Positions 35,860-49,925 of a DNA stretch of 62,692 nucleotides are shown piece after piece. The DNA lies in NCBI GenBank assembly GCA_050230475.1, contig JBFLGF010000165.1:1-62692 (forward strand), written 5' to 3'. Below the pieces are notes generated by a model. That model did not search any database and was not told where the DNA came from. It worked only from the letters and a program-made list of their open reading frames with translations. The DNA is from Ancylonema sp. (taxonomy: Eukaryota). The position numbers and the translations under genes are program-made. Each line of letters opens with the position of its first letter. Position 1 is the stretch's first letter.

Positions 35860-36899
35860 TTGCGTATTCCGTATATGATTCCATGTGTGAAGCAAGTCAA
35901 CATGAGCAAGTAGAAATGTATTCGGGGTTGCCTCGATTTACATAAATTTTATTAGTGCCTCAGTCTAGCGTGGCTGATGGTACAACACTCAGCCCTTTCA
36001 TAAGCCAAGTGATGACGTTTACTTGAGTGCACAAAAGTAAGTGTACTCTAATATCGCCAGCATGCACCTTTACAATGATCGAAAGCGAAGGAGTGGTAGA
36101 ATAACAGGTAGAAACGGTGTCGTTAACGATCTAATGAAGATTCACGCACAACATGCGCAAAAGTTGTACCTCCGCCGTGCGATCCATAATCGACGGCTGC
36201 AGATTGTATGAACGCGTGTACTTTCCTCAAACCTTTCATGCTTTGTTGCTCGCATCTCAAGTTTGTCTCGCGTAATTTTAAAACAATCATCATCTATTGT
36301 TATTAAATTCCTAGCAGACCGCAAATTACGCGGTCTGTCGGTCTAGACCGCGATCTCAGGACTATTTATCGCCGGTTGTGCAACTATGTCTCACGTCGTG
36401 TGTTATTTCAGAGGTGCACCAAAAATTCGAAGGAGCGTAGATCAATACGAATCTGAATTTCAATACATTAATTTTATATTCAATGAGTGTTAGAATAATA
36501 ATGGTTGAGACCCATGTTAAGTTTCGTATGACGGACGGAATAAGTTTGGTTTGAGTTGTAGTTGGTTTACGTTTCGTTAAAGAGATGATCATTGTTGACA
36601 GTGCGGTAGGATAGTGTCCACGTCGGTCGAGGCCATGTGTGACGGATCGACCGGTGCCGCCATCTTTGTTGTGTTGAGAGTGGTAAAGCCGATCTACGGC
36701 TTGCACTCAATTAATTGTGTTTCATCAACAATCGCCTTGCAACGTGCTTGGTGTGTGTAATGTTGATGAGTCATACTTCATGTGTACAGCTGTTATTGTA
36801 AAGATCCGACATGATGTTTACATCCTTACACTAGTATGCTCTATAACAAAAGATAAGTTGTAGGCGTGCACGATTGTCGATCCGTATTTTCATTGCATC
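35860..36899 (+). repeat. Diverged dispersed repeat, homologous to ~38945-39530
   Basis: Shared blocks such as GTGAAGCAAGTCAACATGAGCAAGTA and GCAGACCGCAAATTACGCG. This copy has an extra ~370 bp (about 36485-36850). Confidence 0.75.
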
Positions 36900-38578
36900 A
36901 GAGAGCATTCGTATTTTTAGGTCGAAAGCTATACATGTAAGTTGACATACCAGACATAGATTATGTCTGGTATACATTCTCCATCGACCATATAGCGGCA
37001 ACCACGGGCATTGTACCGTGATGCTGTTTTTGGGGTATGACAAACGGATAAGCGCGCGAAATTTCAATTGCAGGGATGAAATTTCGCACGAGAGGCTTAC
37101 TTCAATTGATGATCCGAACACGTTTAGAGGGTGATGGACCCACTAGTATCGACATTGCTTTAGTGCACCTCGCAAAAAGACAAACTCTGAAGTCTGCGAT
37201 TTTGTGATGGAAATAAAGAAACATTACGATGGGAGCTATGGGCTTAGGGAATCTTTCTGGCAAAAAAAATCCAAGACTGTTTGATGACGTTTCTGATTCG
37301 AGATTCGAGCCAAAAGTCACGTATCGCGGCGGCCGCGTTGAAGAATCATGTCTGCTGGATGATGTGGACGAAATTCTGTTGGAGATTTCAACGGCGGTAC
37401 GCATACATTGCTAAGAAGTCGACGCAAAAACGCCGACGTGGCATGCGTACACGGAAATACTTGAGATTTGTGAACGACGAAAGTGGAGATCTTCTCGTCG
37501 CTGTTTTTGCGAATCGGCTGCTTACGCCACCATGACGTATGCCGCTCGTTATCGCAGTCTCCGACGTGACTGCCCATTTCATGTGGCTCCAGCGGTTTCC
37601 ATCAAATTTGTTGTGTATTCAGCTGTGAATTGAACTTGAAAGTATATATGTTCTGTTTCCGAAGAAAATGTTGTACAACGTATCAGTTTTTCAAATTCTG
37701 TTGGTGTGTATCATAGCTTCCTGGTGTGCCGTCAGAACTACTCAAGGAGCCGTCGCGACTCATGATTTTGGCTTCGCAGCTCAATCGCTTTTTATTTTTA
37801 CGTAGTACGACTTCGTTCGAGCTGGAAAATTGAGGATCGATGCCACCAATTTTCACCTTCTCAAAAGAGTCACATGCGCGTAGTTCTTAGCCACGCCTGC
37901 TATTGATTGCTTCAACAATGGTAATAATTTTTTCTAAATGAGATACCTCATACTCATCAGCATCGCCATGATGTATTTTGAGCTTGAAAAATAAATACAC
38001 CAGACGATGTTAACGTAAATTCAAGACGCGTTTACCAACATAACCTAATCATCCATTGACAAGTCACTGTATGCTCCGATCAGTCATTCGATTGATACAT
38101 TGAATATCAATATATCAATCGAATATTGATATATTCGATATTCGAATATATCAATATATTCGTTATACATAGTTGCAGTCGCTCATTTCTGGCACACCAT
38201 CCCTAGTTTACCATGCGATACTAAAACACCGATCGTCTTACTTGAAAGCTTCTCACCACAGCTTTCTATCACTTGCAGAAATCATTGATCGTCCACCGAT
38301 GATGAGTGGTTGCTCAGGAGCTGATGACCACTTGTAGATAATCCACGATGGTTCATCTAGCTACTGCCACGCAAGCAGCGCTACTGCTGGGATCCCTCGT
38401 GCTGACAGCACTTGTTCTCTCGAGAGTCCCAAACGATGGCAGCTACTTGCACGCCATAGAATTATGTCATCTCAATAGCAAAAACTCCATTCACAAGTAA
38501 GAGCTAAATCTATGACAGCTGAGTAAAGGGAGATCACATCAGGAATGCTACATTCGCGTACTTACACCGTACATAAAT
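36900..38578 (+). repeat. Apparently exact duplicate of 40029-41707, including the RLK upstream region and exon 1
   Basis: Constant offset 3129; ends at the 'n' at 38579. Confidence 0.92.
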
Positions 38579-38579
38579 N

Positions 38580-38730
38580 AACTAGAATATGGGATAACTA
38601 GAAACACACTAAAGACAAAAGGGGATCTACACTCTAAAGACACAACTGAACACACACTAGAAGCACACAAGTGCGGGTTGGGATTACTCGCTATAGGAGC
38701 ACTAGCGACTATAAGGGAGTGGTCCTAACA
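38580..38730 (-). mobile_element. Partial LTR of the same family as the chromovirus LTR at 13874-14168
   Basis: Reverse complement TGTTAGGACCACTCCC...CTAGTGCTCCTATAG...AACCCGCAC aligns with 13874 onward; cut by the 'n' join. Confidence 0.8.
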
Positions 38731-41476
38731 CGTGCGGCAGAGATGTCTGACATCCAAGTTACGTTAAGCTTATTTACCAGATCAGGTGTAGTTATACGTA
38801 GACGACAATACGCGCAAGACGCAATTGTGAATTTTTTTTGTGGGTATCGCACGTATGAACCATGCACGATGTAATACAGCACGACAATAATCCAAGTATC
38901 ATTTATACATAATTGACTCATTCATTTCACATCAGTTTCCGTGATGTGTATTCCGTGTATTATTCCATATGTGAAGCAAGTCAACATGAGCAAGTACAAA
39001 TATATTCGGGGTTGACTCGATTAACATAAAGTTTGTTGGTGCCTCACTCCAGCGTGGCTGATGGTACAACACCAGTGGAGTGGTAGAATAAAAAATAGGA
39101 ACGGTGTCGTTAACGATTTCATGAATATTCTCGCACAATTTGCGCAAAAGTTATATCTTCGCCGTGCGATCTGTAATCGACGGCTGCAAATTGAATGAAA
39201 ATAGTCAGAAAATACAAGCGTGTTCTTTTCTCAAACCTCTCATGCTTTGTTGCTCGCATCTCAAGTTTGACTTGCAATTCTAAAATCATCATCATCTATT
39301 ATCAATCTCCTCCTCGCAGACCGCAAATTACGCGTTCTGTAGGCCTAGACCACGATCCGAGAACGATTTATCGCCGGTCGTGCAAATACGTCTCACGTAG
39401 TGTGTTATTTCAGAGGTGCATAAAAGAGTCGAAGGAGCGTTGATCAATACGAATCTGAATTTCAATATGTTAATTTCATATTCAATAAGCTGTAGACGTG
39501 CACGACTGTCGGCAAGTATTTTCATTGCATTGTGTTGAGTGTAATAATGACATATGTGCTCGGTACTGAACATCCGGTTCGCTTCCCGGTTAGCTTAAGT
39601 TCAGTTTGTTCTGTTTCGCGATATATCGACATGTTCGTTATTACGCTCTGGCGCTCAGCTTTTAAGTCAGTGTTTCGATCTGACTAGCCATTGGTCGACA
39701 AGTGCCATGTCAGCTTAGCAGAGCCCGCGCAAACCCATTCGAGTTACTCGCAGCTACTTATCCCACTTTGTACTCTCGCTCACAATAATATTATTGAATG
39801 AATCATTCTTGTCTGCTATGATGTCTTTCTAAAAGAGAATTGTACATCATTGAAAAACGACGGGAACCTCATCTCATTACAAGAACGTGCCCGTAAAGAA
39901 ACTAAATATCCTTAAAACGACGAATATGTGAGCCGATCGTCCTAGCCAAAACTATCGACAATAAGCAATCCCGAAGAAGAAAGTGGACCGCGTAGTGGTG
40001 GGGGGGGGTAACAAGGACATGTATTGCTAGAGAGCATTCGTATTTTTAGGTCGAAAGCTATACATGTAAGTTGACATACCAGACATAGATTATGTCTGGT
40101 ATACATTCTCCATCGACCATATAGCGGCAACCACGGGCATTGTACCGTGATGCTGTTTTTGGGGTATGACAAACGGATAAGCGCGCGAAATTTCAATTGC
40201 AGGGATGAAATTTCGCACGAGAGGCTTACTTCAATTGATGATCCGAACACGTTTAGAGGGTGATGGACCCACTAGTATCGACATTGCTTTAGTGCACCTC
40301 GCAAAAAGACAAACTCTGAAGTCTGCGATTTTGTGATGGAAATAAAGAAACATTACGATGGGAGCTATGGGCTTAGGGAATCTTTCTGGCAAAAAAAATC
40401 CAAGACTGTTTGATGACGTTTCTGATTCGAGATTCGAGCCAAAAGTCACGTATCGCGGCGGCCGCGTTGAAGAATCATGTCTGCTGGATGATGTGGACGA
40501 AATTCTGTTGGAGATTTCAACGGCGGTACGCATACATTGCTAAGAAGTCGACGCAAAAACGCCGACGTGGCATGCGTACACGGAAATACTTGAGATTTGT
40601 GAACGACGAAAGTGGAGATCTTCTCGTCGCTGTTTTTGCGAATCGGCTGCTTACGCCACCATGACGTATGCCGCTCGTTATCGCAGTCTCCGACGTGACT
40701 GCCCATTTCATGTGGCTCCAGCGGTTTCCATCAAATTTGTTGTGTATTCAGCTGTGAATTGAACTTGAAAGTATATATGTTCTGTTTCCGAAGAAAATGT
40801 TGTACAACGTATCAGTTTTTCAAATTCTGTTGGTGTGTATCATAGCTTCCTGGTGTGCCGTCAGAACTACTCAAGGAGCCGTCGCGACTCATGATTTTGG
40901 CTTCGCAGCTCAATCGCTTTTTATTTTTACGTAGTACGACTTCGTTCGAGCTGGAAAATTGAGGATCGATGCCACCAATTTTCACCTTCTCAAAAGAGTC
41001 ACATGCGCGTAGTTCTTAGCCACGCCTGCTATTGATTGCTTCAACAATGGTAATAATTTTTTCTAAATGAGATACCTCATACTCATCAGCATCGCCATGA
41101 TGTATTTTGAGCTTGAAAAATAAATACACCAGACGATGTTAACGTAAATTCAAGACGCGTTTACCAACATAACCTAATCATCCATTGACAAGTCACTGTA
41201 TGCTCCGATCAGTCATTCGATTGATACATTGAATATCAATATATCAATCGAATATTGATATATTCGATATTCGAATATATCAATATATTCGTTATACATA
41301 GTTGCAGTCGCTCATTTCTGGCACACCATCCCTAGTTTACCATGCGATACTAAAACACCGATCGTCTTACTTGAAAGCTTCTCACCACAGCTTTCTATCA
41401 CTTGCAGAAATCATTGATCGTCCACCGATGATGAGTGGTTGCTCAGGAGCTGATGACCACTTGTAGATAATCCACG

Positions 41477-44400
41477 ATGGTTCATCTAGCTACTGCCACG
41501 CAAGCAGCGCTACTGCTGGGATCCCTCGTGCTGACAGCACTTGTTCTCTCGAGAGTCCCAAACGATGGCAGCTACTTGCACGCCATAGAATTATGTCATC
41601 TCAATAGCAAAAACTCCATTCACAAGTAAGAGCTAAATCTATGACAGCTGAGTAAAGGGAGATCACATCAGGAATGCTACATTCGCGTACTTACACCGTA
41701 CATAAATTTGGGGTCAGAATTATACATTTTGGCACACTTTAATAAACGACATGTGGCATGAGCGCAATGGGACGTGTAATTTTGCATAATTTTGTTTTTT
41801 ATTTATTTTTTGTTTACATCCACACGCCGTCTGGATCAATTTTCAAGGCGTGGTAGAACCTGGAATAAATGCTGGTAGCATGATATATGATGTGTCTCTG
41901 TTGGAATGAAGTGATTAGTTATCGTTGTTGTTCAAATGGCCTGAAAGGTGTATTCGGTTGTCTTACATCTGCAGCGAGGACACCTGTCTGCAAAACTGGT
42001 GTGTCGACAAATCCGGATGGCCAACGGCGATATTTCAGGATGTAGATTCGTCAAAACAAGGATACGACCCGGCTTACAACAGAATTTTTTTGAATCCGGT
42101 TGACTTTACAGATTACAGCAGCTACAAGCTGGCTATTGTGGCGGCTCTCCTTACATGTGGAGCTGCCGTCATACAGGTGACTAGAAGTAGAGAAGTATAG
42201 AATGACTTGACATTATGGTGTATTTGGCACGATGACTGAGATTTTATAGTGATATGTACCACGAGAATCAATCGCTTGTCGATATTCTCAAGAGATGGCA
42301 GTCTTGGAATTCAAAGCACATTGTGTTGTCGATGCTTTAGATCAGACGTTTATGTCTCATCGTGCATATCTTCATCGAGGCCCTCCACTGATGACAAAAC
42401 AGATGCCTGAAAGTGTCGAATGGTGAAGCTTGGTGTCTGACTGAAACGTATATTACATCCTCTGGTCCCTTCAGTTTGGGATTCATCTTCACTCCTTCTG
42501 CAAGTCGAGTCGACAGACGAAGAAAATAATACCGTCGAGGAAGACATGGATTTTTCCCGTGACTCATACCGTAGCAATATGGTACGTCCTTCAAGTAACC
42601 GAAGGCGATTGATGTCAGTGTTGTATAATTCTCAAAAAAACAGTCCAGTTCAGATATATCAATATATTTGTAGTCCTTCGTATCAATGACCGTTGTGGTA
42701 TGCAGAGGGGTATCACTATGAAATTTCATATCCAGGTAAGTAGAGAAGGGAGAGCTCGACTTCAAGGTACATTCTCGCAATATTTTTATCCCCGTGACAT
42801 TTATTCTGACTCCCGAGTCGACACGTTTTGAACCGTAGGGCTCTCTTGGTTGCATCTCTGGCGCTCCTCTTTTTTGGAGAGGTGGTATCCCACAAGCCAT
42901 GGGGGTTATACAACACGTCATTGGCAATCTGGATCGCAGCGTGTGCCGTAATATGCGCCGCATTGGTCGCTTGTATTGCCACACCGTTTTTCTTTCAGAC
43001 GCCAAAACTTACTCTTCCAAAAGGTGCGTCACTCCAAATTGTACGATTGATTGCATCGACCGTACAATGACTTGCTTCGATAGCATCATTGAACAGTACC
43101 GATGACGAATCGACTCTTCTTGTCGTTTCTAGTTCTAGTTTTACAGAAGCACAGTGGTGCGATTTCCACCGACAGTGAGCAGTCACCTGTCAGTTTGAAG
43201 TCAGTTTGGGAGGTGATGTTAGCACGTGCGGAAAATTTCCGACTGGACGCAAATCAGTCTTCCGGATGCAACCAAGTAGACCCAGGAATCCACCGGCCAG
43301 ATGTGCTCAATAGACCATTTTCACCCGGCGAGGAAGGAAAGCCGATAGCAGGAGATGTTCTAGCCGCCAGAACGGCATCAAATCGTCGTTCAGTCGAAAG
43401 CGGCAAAATATCCACAGACTCCGATTTAAGATCAGTCGATAGGAACGATCTCCGAGGAGGGAGGGAGGCACAGGGTGTGCGGAAATTCAGTTCCGATGAG
43501 CTTTACACCGCGACATCAGGGGACTCGGACCTCAACATTTTGGGGATGGGGGGTTGCGGAACCGTATATAAGGGATGCTTAACAGACGGCACGTATGTGG
43601 CGGTGAAGAAGTTGAATCCAGGCCTTGGATCCAAAAAGTCGGCCGAGGGGCTCATGCAACTTGCAGTAGAGGTGAAGGAATTTTCCCGCTTGGTAGCATA
43701 TGATACATCTTCATCTTAACGATTTGTCATCGTGTATAATGTTTGTCTCGAGGTCGCATACCCTTAACAAGACTCCGTTTCCCTTCTTGTCACTCGGGCT
43801 TAGGTGGACACCATAAGCGGCATTCATCATCGCAACCTGGTGCGTCTCGTGGGGTTCAGTGTCTCTTCTTCGCAAGAGATGGCGCTCGCCTACGAGTTCA
43901 TGGAGAACGGTTCGCTCGACGATCATCTCAGAGGTGATTGGATATGAATCATCAAACCACATCGAAGTCCACTCTGAGCGAGACAATGCAAATATCGATG
44001 TCGGAACACCACAACGAATGACGAGTGAAAACAGATAGAGTCCGTGTTCTGTTTTGTGCAAGTTTGAAATTAAAGTGACACGTAGTGGATGAATGTACCG
44101 TATGGATATTTACCGTACTTCAAATTTTTTAATCCGTATCCCTCAAGAGGCACACACGAGGGAGGTAAGAGTCTTAAATCAATTTTGTTTTTGTTTTTTT
44201 GTTTTTTTGTTTTTTTGTGTGCAGGAAAGAAGGGCAACGGCTTGGATTGGCCCACTCGGAAGCGCATAGCTATTGGAACAGCCCGAGGCCTGGTACACCA
44301 CACGATACGCAATGAGAAAATGTTCCACCCACTCTTCCCATAAATTATGTAATAAAATACTCTTTTTTTTACCAATAGCGTGGTATGGGTGCGACGCGAC

Positions 44401-45985
44401 ATCTTATGTATCTTCGAATGTGTGGTGTGCTCTTTCCTTGGGTTCAGGCGTACCTCCATTATGACTGCTCACCTCGAATCGTACATCGAGATGTAAAAGC
44501 GCAAAATTTACTTTTGGACATCGACTTCAACGCAAAGGTGGTCTCGAATGTCTCTTCCTTGCCGTCTCGAATCATATTTTATCATATCTCATTTCCCCTA
44601 ACATTTGAGTTGTGTGATAGTAGGAAACGTGTCGATGCGACGTTTGAAAGTATCATCCCCCGCGAAACATTCAAGACTTGACACTCCACTGGCATTCGAT
44701 TAAGTATCGTCGCTGCCGTCATCTTCGATCTTCGTAAATGACAAGTCTTGAGTGTAGACCGTCATGTGAATATCACCCACCCCATTGGCGTCCCATGTTT
44801 TTTTTTTGGGGGGGGGGGTATGTGGATGTGAAAATGACATTGGGTGTGAAAACTACGTTCAGGTGGCGGACTTTGGTTTGGCGCGCATGTTGGGAGCCAA
44901 AGCCGATCATTGCTCCACAAAAGTGATGGGAACGTACGGATACTTGGCCCCCGATGTGGTGCACACGGGGCATGTCACCGACAAAGCCGATGTGTACAGG
45001 TATGAAACCCCTTCTTGCTTATAGTTGTGAAGCACCACCTACATTCGGTTCAAATTGATTTAAAACATGGTGATGTGTCTCCTCATTGCTGCATTAGTGT
45101 CAATGGATGTTATGATGTGGAGCTAAGTCTCACTGATGCTGCTCCCCCTCCGCCCCCCCCCCCCCGATTTCTGCTTTTCCTAGTTTTGGCGTGGTCCTTC
45201 TTGAGCTCTTGACTGGTCGCAAGCCCTTGGCTCCTCCCTCGCCTCACACAGATAAACCAATCAGCCTTGTCGAATGGGTGAGAACAGGTTTCGATGAGGC
45301 GTAGCGTTAGGTTGAAGGGAAGACTTGACTTGGAGCACTCTCGCCTTCTCTCTTTTCACAGCTTCACATAGGAGCCAAGTTTAACCAGTTGCGTGCGACA
45401 TGTTGTGTAGGCACGGGATGGATGGCAGAGGAAGGTGGACCCTATGTCTCTAGTGGACCCCACTTTGAGTAGCGTTGTTCTCGATGAGGTGGAGGCTATA
45501 TGGACGATAGCGATCGAGTGCATACATTACAAACCACAACGCCGGCCCACCATGGATCAAGTACGTACGCGAATACAAACCAATTACTTTTGCAATACCA
45601 TTGTGCACGTGTGTGCACGTGTGCGCACGTGTTGCTACTCGTGTTTATGTCTTTATAAGTGGCATATGGGGAAACATCATTTTGTTGTGACACCAAGGTT
45701 TGAGTTATGAGTGTGTTATATTTCACCAACGCCACAATGTCTTGTTTGCAACAGGTCCTCAGACGGCTACAAGAGACTCTCGACCGAAAACTGGAGGATC
45801 TCTCAAATGTGGAACATGAGGCGGATGATGCACCCTCGATGCTCACTCTCAGCAACATTGCGTTTGGTGCTCTTTCAACCGGCTCGGTTGAAGAGTTATT
45901 CACAGAAACACACGAGTGTTTGGGATCCACATCGAATACTACAACCAACTCACCGCGAGCAGAGGAAGGTGAAATACTTGTATGA
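41477..45985 (+). CDS. RLK/Pelle receptor-like kinase with a multi-pass membrane N-terminus, 12 exons
   Basis: Exons 41477-41625, 41975-42176, 42475-42581, 42839-43023, 43139-43671, 43804-43933, 44225-44292, 44448-44537, 44863-44999, 45184-45277, 45411-45560, 45755-45985. Kinase motifs [69 protein letters not shown]. The kinase is secure; the N-terminal join is inferred from splice phases. Confidence 0.85.
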
Positions 45986-47975
45986 TTTGAATGGGGGGTT
46001 AGATTCAATTTAGTATGATTCGGTGGCGGCTTTACGCGCCTTTAGCCTTTTTGGCAACTGGCAATGGTAGTTTCTTAATGGCACATCCTCATGATAAAAT
46101 ATTAGAGAGAAACCGTGCAATAGATCTCTAGCTCATCACAAGTGCCATACTCATTGGGACAGTTTTTGCGTCAATCATGTGGACGGTTTCAAAATAGATG
46201 TCACTCCAAGAATAATTCAAATGGCAAGGATAATACATGGTATCGATAGTGATCGAGATCGATAATTTTGGCATACATTTTATGTGATCTAATTTTTTGT
46301 TAATATTTGTCGAGTATGCACGGGATATAACGACATTCGCTCGCGACTGACGTTACACATACGTCATTACCACGAAATTACCCCTCATGCAGCCAGCCAA
46401 GTGAATTTGTAGCCACGATATGCCACAACATGTTACACTTCTTGACATTAACATCAAATAAAACCTAGTGCTTTGGTGCCGCTTCCATATCCAAATCCAT
46501 TTGTGTGCTTTGAAGACTTGATCACTAATCATGTCTACAGCCAATGTACCTGTCATAGGTTCAATGATGCAAATTTCATCATTGATTTTCGGTGATGTTT
46601 TTGTCCCGATGTGTTTTCATATTGATGTGAAGGCATCACACGTTCTGATTTGAAGCAACACGACCTTCTTTTGGTGCATTGTTGTGACAAGGTTAGATAC
46701 TTTTATTTTTTCCAATATTATTCTATTTTTGGTGGTCTCCATTCAATTTTATTAATAATCGCAGGTGCCTCCATCATAGTCACAGTAGAACGAAACCGAA
46801 GAGGGCGAGGTCACGTATCAACCCCTTACCAGGGGTTCCGAACGGGCTGAGGTGTGGACCAAGCTGGTGTAAGTTGGCATTTATTTTGGCCTTTTTGGAG
46901 GTTTTCAGGTTTTTTTTTCGGGTATGCTGCTGCTGTGTTTTTGGTTCCTTTCCTATCAATTAGAACGGTTACACGGACCTCGCTCCAAGTCCTCTTGACT
47001 CCAGACCGGGTTCCACACAAGCATGTTTTCGCAAAACGATGGTTATAATCTACTCCGATAATAGTGTGGTGCGGTAATCGGAAACCCGAATCCCATCAAA
47101 TAGTAGGTGAATATTTGGTTACTCAAAAGTGTTGATCTAATCGCAATGCCCATACATTGTTCACTCGCTCTTGATTCAGATCAGTACGCCATGAATTGAC
47201 AAGTTTAATCAACTAAGGTTAAAAGTATGGAACTCAGACTTTTGGTACAATTCTCGGCATGCACAATCTTCTGGCACAAGCAGCTAACGTAGTCTTGTCC
47301 GTACACTGTCTTGTCCGTACGCATATGAGCTGGATGCGGTGTATAACAATAGGCAGGTGAAAAACAGAGCTAAACGACGAAGCTCCCACGTACAACAGCC
47401 GTAATCCCAATGTCCAATGAGCACTCAATAAAGCACTAACGATATTCATAATGCACGTGACCCCTAATATCGTATAGTCAAACGTGCACCCGATGAATGA
47501 AAGAAATCCCGCAATTAACCGGACTAGCTTTCAATTCCGGATTAGGTACTGCGACGACTTCTGCTAAGTACTACAGTTGTGATGTTGATGGCTACAAGAA
47601 ACGTTTTTGTACAATGCGGTCGTGACCGTCATGAAGTCGAGCAACTCTATTTTCTAGGCTTGAGCTAGGCAACAGCCTAGGCACTAATGCATCGTGTCTT
47701 AGATCGCACCACGATTCAGCATTTGGCCTAGAATCATTGTTAAATAGAAGAAGCTATTTTCTCAAACGCCATCAACCGTGTAGCACAAGCCTAATGAAGC
47801 GGATTGGCAATGCCAACATCCAAAGATTGCCCCTTACAATTACACAACGAAAGCGGTTGCCTAGGCCATCCCCTACCCAAGTCGGAGACTAAAGATGCAC
47901 CCTGACGTTGCATCCTGGGGCCCCATTCAAACCTCCCTCTCTTATAATTAAATCAGAGAGGTTCGAGTGTGTGAA

Positions 47976-48237
47976 TCAAGCTGCCACGGCTGCTGGCACC
48001 TCGGCCACCAGCAACAATTTAATCTCCCCAATCGTGCTTTCTATTTCTTTAAAGAATTTGAGGTTTTGAGGCGCCCGGGGCCTCAGCGACGACAACGCGC
48101 TATCCAGAGTGAGCACCACATCTGCCACGGATAACCGCTTCTCCGCACAGTTCTGGATCATGATGAGAGTCGCCACACAAGACGCCATAAGCTCTGACAC
48201 CTCCACCGCATCCTTGGGCAGACAGGACCCCAAATCA
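47976..48237 (-). pseudogene. Isolated duplicate of the last ~260 bp of the ALY coding sequence
   Basis: Matches 53718-53979; truncated at the junction 48237/48238. Confidence 0.85.
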
Positions 48238-49925
48238 TGGATGTGAAAATGACATTGGGTGTGAAAACTACGTTCAGGTGGCGGACTTTGGTTTGGCGCG
48301 CATGTTGGGAGCCAAAGCCGATCATTGCTCCACAAAAGTGATGGGAACGTACGGATACTTGGCCCCCGATGTGGTGCACACGGGGCATGTCACCGACAAA
48401 GCCGATGTGTACAGGTATGAAACCCCTTCTTGCTTATAGTTGTGAAGCACCACCTACATTCGGTTCAAATTGATTTAAAACATGGTGATGTGTCTCCTCA
48501 TTGCTGCATTAGTGTCAATGGATGTTATGATGTGGAGCTAAGTCTCACTGATGCTGCTCCCCCTCCGCCCCCCCCCCCCCGATTTCTGCTTTTCCTAGTT
48601 TTGGCGTGGTCCTTCTTGAGCTCTTGACTGGTCGCAAGCCCTTGGCTCCTCCCTCGCCTCACACAGATAAACCAATCAGCCTTGTCGAATGGGTGAGAAC
48701 AGGTTTCGATGAGGCGTAGCGTTAGGTTGAAGGGAAGACTTGACTTGGAGCACTCTCGCCTTCTCTCTTTTCACAGCTTCACATAGGAGCCAAGTTTAAC
48801 CAGTTGCGTGCGACATGTTGTGTAGGCACGGGATGGATGGCAGAGGAAGGTGGACCCTATGTCTCTAGTGGACCCCACTTTGAGTAGCGTTGTTCTCGAT
48901 GAGGTGGAGGCTATATGGACGATAGCGATCGAGTGCATACATTACAAACCACAACGCCGGCCCACCATGGATCAAGTACGTACGCGAATACAAACCAATT
49001 ACTTTTGCAATACCATTGTGCACGTGTGTGCACGTGTGCGCACGTGTTGCTACTCGTGTTTATGTCTTTATAAGTGGCATATGGGGAAACATCATTTTGT
49101 TGTGACACCAAGGTTTGAGTTATGAGTGTGTTATATTTCACCAACGCCACAATGTCTTGTTTGCAACAGGTCCTCAGACGGCTACAAGAGACTCTCGACC
49201 GAAAACTGGAGGATCTCTCAAATGTGGAACATGAGGCGGATGATGCACCCTCGATGCTCACTCTCAGCAACATTGCGTTTGGTGCTCTTTCAACCGGCTC
49301 GGTTGAAGAGTTATTCACAGAAACACACGAGTGTTTGGGATCCACATCGAATACTACAACCAACTCACCGCGAGCAGAGGAAGGTGAAATACTTGTATGA
49401 TTTGAATGGGGGGTTAGATTCAATTTAGTATGATTCGGTGGCGGCTTTACGCGCCTTTAGCCTTTTTGGCAACTGGCAATGGTAGTTTCTTAATGGCACA
49501 TCCTCATGATAAAATATTAGAGAGAAACCGTGCAATAGATCTCTAGCTCATCACAAGTGCCATACTCATTGGGACAGTTTTTGCGTCAATCATGTGGACG
49601 GTTTCAAAATAGATGTCACTCCAAGAATAATTCAAATGGCAAGGATAATACATGGTATCGATAGTGATCGAGATCGATAATTTTGGCATACATTTTATGT
49701 GATCTAATTTTTTGTTAATATTTGTCGAGTATGCACGGGATATAACGACATTCGCTCGCGACTGACGTTACACATACGTCATTACCACGAAATTACCCCT
49801 CATGCAGCCAGCCAAGTGAATTTGTAGCCACGATATGCCACAACATGTTACACTTCTTGACATTAACATCAAATAAAACCTAGTGCTTTGGTGCCGCTTC
49901 CATATCCAAATCCATTTGTGTGCTT
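48238..49925 (+). repeat. Duplicate of 44823-46510 (RLK kinase exons 9-12 plus 3' region)
   Basis: Constant offset 3415; no differences seen. Confidence 0.9.

Noticed and set aside
42337..43005. 222-aa antisense ORF over the RLK N-terminal exons
   Set aside because: No recognisable motifs; the + strand has phase-consistent exons explaining the region.
44941..44960. APE to APD change suggesting a pseudokinase
   Set aside because: Conservative substitution; VAVK, HRD and DFG are all intact.
47976..48388. Apparent ALY/kinase-antisense fusion ORFs
   Set aside because: Chance read-through across the duplication junction at 48237/48238.
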